64,000 nt of DNA from assembly GCA_051362555.1 (NCBI GenBank), contig CM120640.1, positions 37,963,967 to 38,027,966 of the forward strand, written 5' to 3'. Made by a program: the position numbers and the translations under genes. Below, in pieces: positions 38,846 to 53,064 of the stretch. The notes under the pieces are model-generated. The model was not told where the DNA came from. It ran no database searches and worked only from the letters and a program-made list of their open reading frames with translations. The stretch is from Lingula anatina. Lineage: Eukaryota > Animalia > Brachiopoda. Numbering within the stretch: the stretch's first letter is position 1; the number at the start of each line of letters is the position of its first letter.

Positions 38846-41800
38846 CCAGTTATTGTATATATATAAAACTAAGAGTGCATTCTCAATGAATTAAGCCAGG
38901 CTTTACAAAGCCGGTGACCTAAAAATGGCGGACGTACATGAAAGAAAAACCGCCTAATCTTTTAATAGTCTCTCCGCCTTCCCACACATCGTCTCTGCGG
39001 GGTACAGTAATTAAATCTCGGCTCCGTTCGCCATGCGGAAGCTACCTGAGAAATATTAAGTGCGCATGCTCATCAGTTAAACTCGTGGTGAAGAAGGCAT
39101 GGCGGCTGAAGGCAATCGAAGGAAAAAAGCTCTTCTGTTCTATTATCTTTCAAAACAGAGACGAAAAAGGAATAATTTGGCCCGTAGAGCAGCAATGAAT
39201 TGACTATCTACGGAGATAATATCACCAGAGATATTCACGGAAATATTAATGTTCGGAGCCGAGATTTAATTACTGTACCCCGCAGGGACGACGTGTGGGG
39301 AGGCGTGTGAGAGGCGGAGAGACTATTAAAAGATTAGGCGGTTTTTCTTTCATGTACGTCCGCCATTTTTAGGTCACCGGCTTTGTAAAGCCTGGCTTAA
39401 TTCGTTGAGAATGCGCTCTAAGATATATGAAGTTATAAAGTTTAATAAGGTGTTTTCAAAATATCACCTGTTACATGGCTCTGAGCTAAAAGCAAAGTAA
39501 ATGTAATAATGAGTGGTCTAAAATACATCTTCAAATATGTCTTGCTATTATCACCAAAACTTAACCAATGTGCCAATTGAGACAACACAATTTACTGTGA
39601 AAAAAGAAAGAAAAAAAAAATTCAAAAATACCCTCTTTCTCACCTGCTCTTCAATCATTCTGAACTGCCATGGCCATTGTATGTTGTATAAAAACTGTCT
39701 ATGGTCAAATCTGTTATCATCCACACTATAGCTTTCGGCATGGTAGGAAGGTGTAATGACAGTCATCTTATGCCGATTAATGGAATAGTACCTGAAGAAG
39801 TGCTTTACCTTGGAGGCAACCTTTTCAGAGAAAGAAAGGAAACGTTAAAACTGCTTTATGATCCCTTTATGGTAGTTCATATATTGACCAGTATCCAGTT
39901 GCTTAATAGATATTATATCATAAAATAGACATGCTTACTTCATTACAGGAATATTTATGATCAACATGCCATTGCCTACATATAGTTCATAGTTTGCTAA
40001 AATCTTACTTGTCTTGGAGTACAGTTTTCTTTCCAAGTGTGCACTAATTTGCCAAACATGCTATATGGACCACAAAATGCCTGCTTTCGAAGGCGACCAT
40101 AGACTGAAAGTTCATCATAAGTCATACCCATATCTTGCTGAAAACCAAAATTGATTTTTTTTATAAAACATGCATCGATGATGGGAAAGTATATCTCATG
40201 TAGTCCTCAAGTCCAAATTCTGATGTCAATTTGTGAGTGGTATAGTATTTACAGCATCCCAAAAATGAATTAAATTAAAGAAAGTAACATTAGAATAGTA
40301 CATTATTTGGGACACCCTGTAGATAAGCACTACTTTTAACTGATTAATAGATTTTTTAATATTCTAGAATCAGTGTAATGATTTCTGACATCCTACCTCA
40401 TCTGTCTGTACTAGTTTGCCATCCATGAGTGGTTCCAGCTCTGCAGTTGGAGGTGCAGAAAATATGCTGCAACAAAATTTTTACAAAATGGTAATTTCAT
40501 AATGATAATAAACTGTCAAAATAAAATGCAAACTATTATCTGATTTTTTCTTTTGCTGCACAAATTACAAATAAAATGTATCTAACATGATTTATGTAAA
40601 TGACAGTTTGGATCCAAACTTACTCTTTCAAAGCTGTAAAGCCAAATTTATTAATCGAGTAAGTGATAAACTTCCTGAGGTCTGTTTTACTGATGGCCCC
40701 TATTGGGTTCAGATCAGCACTGGAGCAGTCATATTTGGTAAGGTAGCCACGCAAACTGAAAGATTAATTAAATAATAATTTTAACACTTGAGGACAAAAC
40801 AAAAAGAAAACTGGAGGATCACCTGAACCTTATATATTATATATCTAATGCCTGACTTCCTTTCCATTTATCTCCATATACATATCTTAATTAACCTGAC
40901 CAGGGACATCTCGAATCTTTTATCCTGACATGTCCAGCTACTAAATATCACCTTTCATCTACATTTGAAGAGCCCAACACCAGCAGTCCTCCTGGTCTCC
41001 CTCTGGCCCATAGAGATAACTGTGCAAATAGGTAAGCTAGAACCATACGCAGCCTGGCCTGGAATTGAAAAACATTTAAAGTAAACTGGCTTAATTAATA
41101 ATAAAATTAGGTGTTCAGGCTAATCATTTTACATGGATATGATTTTTAAGTATATCTACATAAATTTCAACATTGTTACATTAATCCCATTGATTATGTT
41201 ATCCTTTTGATAATTTTGACTGAGTAATGAAATCTCAAATTAGTTGTTTTTTTTTTTGTAAATATGCTTGATAAATATTGATTAAAAATTACCCTGTAGG
41301 ATGTCATTTTTACAGCAAGGCTAGTTAATAAAAACAACAAAAAAACATGTACCTGGATATTCTGCATTGCCACATTCTCTCTCAGACTGCCCCCATGAGC
41401 CTTGAACCTGGGTACAAGCCCCATCACTGCAGTAAATATACCCAGAACTGCTGCCACTGCTGTGTCTATTTTGATTTGAAGATGGTGACTGAAAAAAAGA
41501 AAGACATAATCATCACACAATGTTTAATGTTCTGTATTAATATTAGTACAACACAAGATGCAAGAAGAGATTGTCTAATAACCATGCATACTTTCAATTA
41601 CCAAGGAAAAAAACGATAATCTATTTTCGCACATGTAATGCTCTCTGCCAACAAACAATAAAGGGAAACTATCAATGAAATTTTTAAAATTATCTCGCAG
41701 ATTACATATGTTTATCATGCTTCTGGAAATACCATAAGTTATTCATTCTGTTAAGTATGCATTTTAACAAACAATCAAACAGTACTTGAATGATAATTTA

Positions 41801-44800
41801 CATTCACCTTCCTATCTGCTCAGCAAGCTTCCTTGACCTTTCCATAGTTTCTTTTGAACTATGATCTGTTGCCATATAGCAAGTGGTGAATACTCTATTG
41901 GCCAGTTCTTTGGGGTCTGTAGGAATGTAGTTTGGGTCTCCTGTAATTTTCCTGGCATCCTCTAATACTTTGGAATCTGCAAAATTATATGAATATTAAA
42001 ACACTGTATAAATATATTAGGAGTGAAAAAAGTAGTTGGGGTAATATTTGTTTCAAATGGACCTTCAATGTAATTATAAAATAAAAGGGAGTCCTACCTC
42101 CCTCAAGCACAGCTTCACAGACCAGATGACACATGGAGGCCACTATACAAGCAGTACTGGAGCTGTCAATGCCACCACTGAGAGGCAAGAAATATCCTCC
42201 GCTGCCACTGCGGCGTAAGTAATCCCAAAGCCAACATGCTGGACCAAGGCTTAAATAAATGAAAAAGAAGTTATACTCAGATCTTGCACTATAACTGGAA
42301 AATACTTTCACAAAACCATGTTCTTACTTTATTACTGAACAAATCTGGTCAATTTTTAACAATTCTGGGAACAGAAATATCTTAAAAAAGCTCACGCAAT
42401 CTCCTCCTCTGGTGTGTGGTATTTCCATTCTATTGGCTCATAGACAGGAAAGAAAAAGTCATCTTCATGAGACAATGAAAAATCCACCTTCACTCTCGGA
42501 AAGGCTTTACATGTAGCTGCCTACAAAACACAAGTATCAAACAGTCCTTTAACAATACAACATTAACCTTCAAAAATAGATAATAGCAGTATCAAAATTA
42601 GACTTATAATGTAGTCGCAATTCCAGATAACTATTTTTAGCACAGTAGATCAATATATTAAGAAAGTATAATCTAGCTTACTCTTCCAAATAATTAACAA
42701 TAAGAATCAATTCTTACAGATTGACACCTGGACTTGATCTGATTTTTATAGCCACGGACATCTTCCAAGTCTAAAGTTGCTGTCAATACTTCCTGAAAAT
42801 AGCCACACATGCATCTTACTCATTCATTTACAAATGTGGTGCTGCAGAAAAAGGCTTCTTCAAAGTGAATCTAATCTGCATTTACAAATGTGGTGCAGTA
42901 AAAGGCATCTTCAAAGTGAATCTAAACTGTTCAAATACAAAACAGAGCAATGCTTTAAGTGGACATATAATATTCAGAACTAAGGCTGTCATGAAACAAA
43001 ATTACAAATAATGTTCACAGAAATAAATTAGACAATGGCATTAAAGAATCAATGCAGTTGTCTTAAATCCATTTTAAAGACCATATATAATACCAAGTAT
43101 TCAAGGTAAGTTATACTTCCATTATGCTGTACAATCATTAAGCATGATGTCACTTTTTTGCCTCTTTTATAAGGTTTTTATTTGGATGTTAAACATGAAG
43201 AAAGCATACCACTTCATTCAAAGAGAACTGTTTTCCCTGAGCAATTATGTCTCCATTTATTGCTATCTTTGATCTGCCATCAAAATACAGTCTGTCTCCA
43301 TCACAGCCTATCTGGTTGGCAAACAAATATATGCCACCACTCTGCAACAGAAAAGAAAAGGAAATACTTAATGTAAGTGTATTCCTTGTAATCGGAGATG
43401 GAATATTATAATTTGAAACAATCCAAACATATTCAAGTGTATCCTATAGTTTGACTTCCCTTGTAATTGGTGAATAACAAATACATGCTTATTGACACAA
43501 GACTATATTCGGTTAAAGAAAAACTGTTTAGGAGGTACATACCTTATATGTTGCACTTTTTACCAAGTCTACACTTTCATAGGCCTTCCTGAGTTGATGG
43601 TGACTTCCACTTGCATTAGTAAATATTTCCACTCCATCCAGACCCATAGCCACATGGCGGCTGCGCAAAATAAAAAGTACTATTAATTTTGTGTTATACA
43701 ATCCCTCACACAGTCAGTCACATTTGGGTAATATCTTGATATTTACCAAAGTTTATTTCTGTTCAATTTTTTTAAATTAAAGATATTCATAAAAAGAAAA
43801 CTATTTAAGGGTAGTTTTGTTTTTTTTTAATCTGCTGGCAACTTCATGATAAAAGCTGAGATATTCACTGATATAGAAAGGTGATATAACCTGGTACCTA
43901 CCTTTCTGCTGTCCACAACTCCTCACAAATCTCACTGCCTATACAAGTATCTAAGGTTGATAAGACTGCATCCCCAATTGGTACTGTTTGCTTTGATACA
44001 AATACAAGGTAAAACTTAAAGAACCAAAAAACTGTAACCTAAACTGAGCTGAAAGCTGGATGAAATATTTTACCAATTCAATGATGCACAGTATAATAAA
44101 CTTGGACGTGATTCTGAGACACTTCCCTCAAATGTACTTCAAGCCAATTATTCACCATCTTACCTGTCCTGTTATTTCTTGGATCATGCGAGGGAGAAAA
44201 TATTCTTCTGTCTGCTGAAGCTTAGCCCAGCCAGTGAAGTAACGATACTCCCTATAGTTGCCATCACATGCCAACTGAATTTTAGGTCTGATCAACAGAA
44301 TTTTCCTGTCAGATATAACAAAAGCATTAGGAATTATGAAACATAATGCTTATCAGTAAAATGAGCTGTGATAATATTAATTTTTTTAATTCAATTTAAT
44401 GGAATATACTAGCCAGGAGTATCTGGTGTGTGGTATATGGTCATAAGTTTAAGTGTTGGACACAAAATATATAAAACTAAGTACAAAAAAGAAGGTAAGC
44501 TTACATTTCATGATGTTAAATTACATTGATTATTGAAACTCAAATAATGACTAGTTACAAAGTAGATATACATGGTTGTCAGTTGAGATACAGACAGCGT
44601 CCTTTAGATCAATTAAACTACAAATGTTGTGGTAATTGGACCTATAAAACATTCCTATAAAATTTACCTGTTAAGAAACAGTACTCTGCAGTTGTAAGCC
44701 ACATTTTTATGTTTGACTGGCCTGAAATAACAAATATAGCAAAAAAAATTAGGACTGTATGCTAAATAACTAATTAGTTAAAAATGAAGCATTGAAGTAG

Positions 44801-45966
44801 CCACAGTAAAAAGAAGACAATAAGCACACACTTAGGCAATAAAAACCAAATTCGACCCAGTAATATCCAGAACATACAAAAATACAGCTCTAGGTGCTTT
44901 TTAAAAAAAATTTTCAAAGCAAATTTTCACATATATTCTACAATGTATGCAAATGCCATTTTTCTAACCCTGCCATTGATATTAGTCTTGCTATAGCCAA
45001 TGACTAAATTAACACAACCATCAATTTCTGATAATGCAATGGTAAGTTGGCCAAAAAATAATTATTTGCAAAAATCATACAAGCCTGTGACTGATACTAA
45101 GACCCTTTCAGACTGTTAGATATCGTTGTAATACATCCATGATTTATGTTTATTTATAAAAAAATTATGAACACTCACATGCCCACGTCACAAATAATAT
45201 CCTGACATATGGGAGACTTCAGCAATTGAGCAAGCACTTGGAATGAATGAAGAAATGTATCACTTTCAAGGAAATGATCTTGGCATCCATAACCTCTGAA
45301 AAAATGATAAAGTATTTGTTAATGAAAAACCTGCAATTAGCAGAATTGTTTTTACATTATCTCATGCTTTTATAATACCACAGGGCACCAATCACTATTT
45401 TATAACAATAATCACAAGAGTTGACCCCATCTTGCACTATTCTTTTAAGGTTAGAGTATTTAGGAATTTGTTATGTTTTGTTTAATAGTACTTGAATTCA
45501 TGGAAAGAAATGTAATTTACGGAATATCAAGCTCTGGTCCAAGTCTGTAAGTAGCTCCTTTTGCTTTTGCTTCATGAATACCTGAAGTTAGTAATTATAC
45601 AGTTGAATATATACTGGAGTATGTACTTGGCAGCATCTTATATCCTTAAATGAAAACAAAATAATGTGGATTAAAATAAGAAAAAGATTCTAGAAGACCA
45701 GATCCTGTACATCCTTGGATTATTTTTTTGATTGCTTGGGTAATTTCTTTTGGATATATTAATACTATTATTCTAACAACAAGGGAGGGGGGTTACAAAG
45801 TGCTGAATTTGGATGTCCAGAGTCTTGGAGATTATTCTACCTTCCGTTCCATGCTACGCCGTCTTGTCACCAATAACTTACTTTGAAGGATTCTCTGCAT
45901 GTTTCCCTCAAAATCCATAGCCCACTGATTTAAGGAACATGTTGCAACTATCACTTTTCTACCCAT
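37756..45966 (-). CDS. NADSYN1: Glutamine-dependent NAD(+) synthetase, copy 1, complete, about 847 aa. Exons 45882-45966, 45521-45581, 45179-45295, 44668-44721, 44164-44305, 43902-43990, 43543-43660, 43210-43341, 42718-42792, 42396-42520, 42098-42249, 41808-41976, 41353-41488, 40952-41058, 40624-40755, 40397-40466, 40009-40137, 39644-39820, 37931-38395, 37756-37764
   Basis: [33 protein letters not shown] and EICEELW (nitrilase-fold E-K-C triad), [70 protein letters not shown]. Exons sum to 2544 nt in frame. The last two exons are less certain than the core. Confidence 0.95.
38629..38794. mobile_element. 166 bp MITE (TIR CAGGCCTGTAGC) inserted in a (TA)n tract
   Basis: CAGGCCTGTAGC ... GCTACAGGCCTG; same family as 59597-59764. 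Confidence 0.85.
38873..39418. mobile_element. 546 bp MITE with ~150 bp TIRs and TAA TSD (PIF/Harbinger-type)
   Basis: TAA|GAGTGCATTCTCAA ... TTGAGAATGCGCTC|TAA; nearly identical to 61033-61857. Confidence 0.88.
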
Positions 45967-48634
45967 TTTATTGCCAAGTACTTTTAAGCCTCTCCAAGGT
46001 AGTGTTCCAAGTCCCAAATCCCCTTGGCTTTGATCATCTGCTATGCACCGATGCTACTTTTCTTCTGACAAGACAACACTGCACACATTTTTCACTAAGT
46101 TTAAAGCGTGCAAAGGGTGTGTATTTTTATTGCAAAAACATTTTGTCGTAATCATAATTTTTGAAATATGCTAATACATTCAACCCAGAAGAGGAATTCT
46201 ATGCGGCCTGAAAGGCTATCTTGTTTACCACAGTTAGGGGTAGAAACTGGCAGAAACCACTAAATGGGCCAATCACCGACTGTTGTAGTGCAGTGAGAAA
46301 AAAATAGTGCTTTTTCCCAATTTTTTTTTAGTATTTCTTGTGTGTTGCAAGGGTTAATTTTGGTGCCAACTAGCAGGCTAGGTTGTAAACTACTGCCCGT
46401 TATTTTTTCAGGATCAGGCACAGGTAGGCAAAGGTGTCGTGCAGTCGTGAGACCTCTGGCGGAGGGAGCTACTATGAGCGGTGCAGTGGTTTGTTTGCAA
46501 ACAGAGGGGTGCACGTGTTCAAGAAATGCCGGTAAGAAATTTAGTTTGATAACAGTATATTTTTGTGCCATTGAGAGTTCTGCCAGTGTGTCTGCTGTTC
46601 ATGGGGATAGTAAATATTTCACTTAGACATTTTATTTATGCAGTTTTGCATGCAGGCATTTCTTAGTATGGTCGTTAAATTATGAGAAATTATTTGGTGG
46701 TTTCCGCCCTGAGTGAGGCCTAATATCACAACTTTCTTCATAATATTAATGGGTCTTAAAGCAGCATGCTTTTCAATATTTTTTAGAGATTATCAATGTA
46801 ATAGTGTTCTAAAACCCAGTGGACTGCCCCGTCACGTTAATGCTTATATATCAAGTCCTTTGGTGCCATTTATACATTTTTTCAGTAAACAGTTGTGAAA
46901 ATCTTTAAGATTACTTTGACTTTCGGGTAACACACATATAGTGTAGGGCTAAAAAATTTCAGTGTGCTCGTTGCCTTTGAGGTGCATCTTGTTTGTGTAT
47001 GCAGTACTAGTGCTTTTTTTTTCTTGGTGCGGATAGCTGTGTTTAAACTCTGACTGAGGTAAAACAAAAATATGGTTTGGCACACGTTTTTCAGAAAATT
47101 AAGAAAGGTATAAGACAGGAGGGGGGTCAGATCCCTGAAGAATTTTTTCTGAATTAAAAGAAGTTGACTTATTTGCTCAATTTGATAAAATAATATCATT
47201 GAATAGCTTGTAATTATTCTTTGCTGCACCAAATTCACCATCGACTTTCACAACTGTATTGCATCGTTTAAACTAACAACTCTGTATTTTAAAAATATTT
47301 TTTGAATGAATTTAATCGGTATTGTAGCTCAGTTCGATTACATAATATTGTTTTGGATAAAAAAAGTAAATTTTAACATTTTGCTGAATTGAAGTAATTG
47401 TTAGTTTGCACAGTTCATTAGTTAATACTATTTTAACGGAGTATTTTGTGGCAAGGCTTTGCATATACTTTCTTCTCATTTTTTTGCAGAATTTTAACAA
47501 TTGATTAATTTATTCAATTTTGAATGGCACATTTTTTGTACTATACTAGCAAAAGACATGAAAATTAGATTATGATATGATGGGTTTCTTAATTGGTACT
47601 TGGATTGCAGTCTCTAAATGCAGTGCTTTACTTTCAATAACATTTTTATGACAAATGTTCCAGCAGTTGAGAGGCATATTGATTAAAACATTAAATAAAA
47701 ATATCATTTTTAATAAAATTAACCCATTATATTTTCTAAAAAGCATTTAATGCTATTCTACAACATTCCATATATCATGATATATCACTCACTCACAGTT
47801 ATTCTGTTCAGTTTGCCTTCTGTTAAAGGGTAGTAAAAATTAGCTAAGCCAGTTGTGCACCATTAAATTTCCCAATATTAATATAAACAAGTAAAAACAC
47901 TGATACTGAAGCTCTTTTTTTTTCATCGCAGCCTATGATCAGAAGTGATTAAAATGTTTTGAATGTGTACTGTATAAAAAGTTAAAAAAATATATCCCAA
48001 AAGTATTTTACATTAAATTTCAATATTGTAATAACAATAGCAAGTGAATACGAGTTAGCAAGAAAAATACACGTATACAAAACACTTATATTATAGCTCT
48101 TTTTATATTTACAGCTTATGTTTAAAAGTTAATAAAATATTTGGTTGTTACAGTTTTTAATTTACAGTCCATATGGTGATACAGTCCATATGGTGATACT
48201 GTGCTAAGATAGAATCCCATTCCGCTGGAGATTACCAAGATATTATGTTCCTGAATATTGTGACATGTGGAAACTGCATTCTTCTTCCACAATGCTTCCA
48301 CCCTAATAAGAACTTTTATAGCTGAAACGACGAAAATGAGTTATTCAAATGGATTCAGTGTTAAGTAAAGCACGGTTATTCTTTGATTATACTTTACATG
48401 TTTGACCTTACCTCATAATTGAACAGAAAATCTAAAACCTTTCTATAATTTCAAGTTGGTAGTGGCAACATACACTATACTGTTTACTACATGCATATAC
48501 AAATGGATGGCCTGGACGAAGTTCAATGTGTACATATTTCTTTGTTTACCTTGTCCACATCTTAACACCAACATCTGGCCTTCAAAATGCCTGGAGAGAC
48601 AAACAGTAGGTTTACAAAGAGTAATGAATTTATA

Positions 48635-50113
48635 CTAGATGGCAAAGCTGGCAAATATACAGACACCATACAGAAAACAAGACAGCAAAGTTGACAAGTG
48701 TTCAGACATTATGAAGAAAAAAGTGTACCAAATAATGTAGGCCAATTTTGATGCACTGTTACATAATGCTTTAAAACAGCATAATCACTCTTATCCTCTT
48801 ACATTATGTACTACAGGGTAACATGGACACTGAAAAACTAGCAATTGATTCAATTCCAGGGGATACAAAAGCCACTGAAAGTGTAAATGTGTGAAAAATA
48901 CATAAAAAAATAAATAAATCAAAAAAGATTTAAAAAAAAAAAAAAAAAACGGAATTGCTATAAATGTAAAATGATCAGGCTAATTTTTGAAGGCAACCTG
49001 CCCCTTTCCCAAACAAAGCCACTCAGTAAATTAAAGTAAAACAAAAATATGGTATGGCAGTTATGGGGCAAACATTGCTAAAATTGTGCAAAACTAGAAT
49101 AATTACCACAAATGTAAAGGAATCATGTTGATTTTCAAAATCAACCTGCCTCTTTACCAAACAAAGAAACAAGGCAGCAAAGCTGTCAAATGTACAGACA
49201 AAAAGCAGAAAATAATAATGCACAAAATAAGCTACTGTCATTTCTGATGCAATAATACATTATGCTTGACTGCAAAGTCTACACCAAATTTTAATTATGC
49301 ACAACAGGTAATACAGATTCCATTCTGAAATTCTAAACATAGTGCATGATTGAATTTGAATCTGTCAAACTACAATGTTATGAGTTTATTTCCATTTTTG
49401 ACACTTTATTACACAATGTACGATAACAGTTTTACCATCATTTTATATAATCAATTAACAATATTGTTAAGATGCAGAAAATGTCAAAAGAACACTTTCT
49501 TATCTAATTAGTTTAATTATGAAACTGTTAACATGCCTAAGAAGTGGATCTGAGGAAAACCACTTATGTACGGAAAAAAGCCAAAACTTCGTCAAAACTG
49601 AATGAAACAAGTGAATTTTCAAACCCTACTTTCCTTTCAGTAAGATCGTTCATTCCTGTGAGTATCAAGACAATCAGCCTATTGGTTTTCACTGAAATAT
49701 ATGTAATCAGTTTTGCATATATGCCAAAAAAAAAAGGAAAAAACAGCAAAATTTTGGTAACAATGGTCCAAACACACTGATTTTCAACTCAACCTGTATT
49801 TCAGGAAGATCGATAACTCCTGTGTGTTTCAAGACAATAGGCCTATCAGTTTTCCTTGAGATATGATATCAGTATTGCATATATGCTGAAAAAAGTGGAA
49901 AAAAACATAACTTCTGTAAAAATGGTCCAATCATGCTGAAAGTTGACTTGCATTTTTATGAATATTCATCATTTCTATTATTTTGAACACAAAAATTAAA
50001 ACAGGTTTTCCACTTATCATTTTATCGGTGAAAGTGCACAGCGACTACGACATCAACAGCAATGACAGACATAGGTGACAGCTATATGTATAGACACATC
50101 TGTGTCTGTACAT
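48635..50113 (-). mobile_element. Family B HINE-like copy (49170-50113) preceded by a related fragment (~48635-49169)
   Basis: CAAGGCAGCAAAGCTGTCAAATGTACAGACA at 49170 and the terminal palindrome at ~50086-50113. Absent from the equivalent intron of NADSYN1 copy 1. Confidence 0.75.
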
Positions 50114-50162
50114 AAAAAGTACACTCTGATATCAAGAAACAAAACTTACCCTGATTCCTAGC

Positions 50163-50789
50163 TTAAACCCCTTGGGTGCAGATACTAGCTGGAGGATCGA
50201 TCAATGTGGGTGTGAAACATCTCTGACCACTATCCAACTTTAATGATCTCGTTTTCTGGAAACCTCGATTTGGAGGCTCTGAACCACTTAATATAAGAGC
50301 TTCAGTATCTGGCTGTGAGGAAGGCAACACTAGCTGTGATGGTGATAAGTCAGGTTGTACCTCTGGTTGTGAGGAAAATTCTCCAGGTGGCAGCACTGGC
50401 TGGAGTGGTGACGCACCAGGTGGCAGCACTAGGTGTGAAGAAGACACTCCAGATGAGATCATCGTTTTCACCATGACCCCCTTATCATTATCTCCTGTTT
50501 TCTTTCCTCCTTCAGTACCTCTCTTCTGATCAGAATCACTGCCACTCTGTTTTCTCAGCTGTTCTTTTTCATACTCAGTATTGGTGTTCTTTATTTTGCC
50601 TCCTCCTCCTCCTCCACCTCTCCTTTCTGTAGCAATCTGGTGACTTTCCATTATTTGAACCTGCAAATATTTTATATAAAAGTTTGTTAAACCTACTACT
50701 GACAACATGAGGTCTATAACTGATACATGTATATACATCTACAGGATATCTTTACATAATTAAAACAAGTAAGGCGACAAATACTGGTT

Positions 50790-50831
<42 letters not shown>

Positions 50832-53009
50832 ACAAATGAAAAACTTTCAGAAAAAGAGGCCTATTACACTGCTTTTCCAACTCAGGCTGCATTTTAGTCC
50901 TGTGTTGCTTCTTTTCAAGTTTGAAAATCATAAGTAATTTGGTTTTCCCTTAATGCATGGTCATCATAGCAGCAGTGTACAAAATAGGGTTTCTTCATGT
51001 TTGATGCAATATTACTTAATACTTAACAGGATAATGACCATCAGTTTTTAATAATAAAATATAAGGTATTAAAGTATCATGGATATTCAGAAAAAGTGAC
51101 TAGCAAAGGTCTTCAAGCCCATTAAGTTTGAGAAGATTAAGTGGTATGGTTTTCCTTAAATGTTCACTATGGCAACAGTGCCCAAAATAGGGTTTTCTTC
51201 AATTTTGATGCAATATTAAATAATGCTTAACAGCATAATCACCACAAAACTGTAACATGGGCTGCAGGTAACATGGATATATATTTTAGAAAATGTGACT
51301 GGCAAAGGTCTTCAGGCCCATGGAACTTCAAAGTCACACTTGAAAAAGTCACACTTGAAAAACCCACAATGTAAACTGTACAGAAATGAGTTTATTTCCA
51401 TTTTTAACACTTTTTTTTAGATTAAACAAAATCACCCATTTACTATCATTTTTATATGATCAACTGAAAAAAATTGTTGAGATAGGAAAAATATCAAAAG
51501 AACAATTTTTAGTGTCCAATTTGCTCCATTCTGAGATTCTGAACATAGTGAATGATTGAATCTGACAAACTGCAATGATATGAGTTTATTTCCATTTTTG
51601 ACTCTTTATTACACAATACACTATAACAGGTTTACCATAATTTTTATATAATCAACTTACAATATTGTTAAGATGCAGAAAATGTGAAAGAACACTTTTA
51701 GGTATCTAATTTCTTCAATAATGAGACTATCAACATGCCTAAGAATTAAATCTGAGGAAAATCTACTTATACGCAAAAAAGGCATCAACTTCATCAAGCT
51801 TATTTTCCAACTTGAAGTTGATCTGTATATTAGTCCTATGAATCAGTCCTGAAAGTTATAAGGCAAAATATTATGTGGGTTTTTTTTTTGTTATGCATAA
51901 TGGCAGATAAAATATGCTGAAAAACACAACGACAGACAGGCGATATCTGTGTCTGTACAAAAAAATTAAAAAAGAATACACAACAAACAAAGCTGTCAAT
52001 TGTACAGGCAAAAAAAAACATCTAGAGGATCGTAGAGGTGATATCCGCTCCAGGTATTGTACCACCAACTGGAGTAAGCATATATGTATGGGGAAGAAAG
52101 AGGGGGGGGGGGACCACCTGCAGTGTTATGCTTGACAAGCTCTACAAAATACAGTAAACAGAAAATTACAATTTATAACAAAATCATGGGGAAAAGTAAA
52201 AGGTCAAAGCCAAAGTTGCAGTAGGATTGTGAATATAGGACCTCCCATCCAGGTTCACTAGTAAATATAAGTTCAGTGCATAGTGAAAAGTAGGTCAAAG
52301 GTCAAGTTCAAGGTTGTAGTTACATGTAGATTGCCAGTATATAACTTCCTATTCAAGTTCAATACTAACTATTTGCATATCTCTGCCAGTTTTGGAAATA
52401 TCATGGACAGAATATTTCCAAAGTTCAGTTTTTATTGAAAAGAAGGTCAAATGTCAATTTCAAGCTAGGTCACAGTTAGATTGCCAGTAAATGACTTCCT
52501 ATTCAAATTCAATAGTAACTATGGGCATATCTTTGCCAGTTTTGGAGATATAAGGGGATGGAAAATTTGCAATGTACAGTTCATGATGAAAGGTAGGTCA
52601 AAGTAGGTCAAAGGTAAATTTCAAGGTCACAGTTGAGTTAGATTGCCAGTATATGACTTCTTACTCAAATCAATAGTAACTATATGCTTATTTTGGAGTA
52701 CTTCACATTTTATATTTGCCTCTGAATATTAATGAGATATTGTACTTTTTGATATAGCCCAACTCATTAAAAAAAACAGACACCACCTACAGTATTGCGT
52801 TTGACAACCTCTACAAAATGCAACAAACAAGAGGTCTCTAGCATTTATGGTTCCAGAATTAGAGAGTTTTCAATTTTGGCATCTAGTGACTGTTTCTCCT
52901 GTGATAATGCACCGATTGACCTTAAACTCAAGAAGATGAAAGATGACCCCAAGTGTGACAACTACCCATAATATTATTGGTTAGGTCTATGTAGTTTCGG
53001 AAAATCAGC

Positions 53010-53064
<55 letters not shown>

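Noticed and set aside
45967-46017. Apparent N-terminal extension of NADSYN1 ([17 protein letters not shown]) in the ORF track
   Set aside because: It starts at a non-ATG codon. The ATG at 45966 matches the conserved MGRK start.
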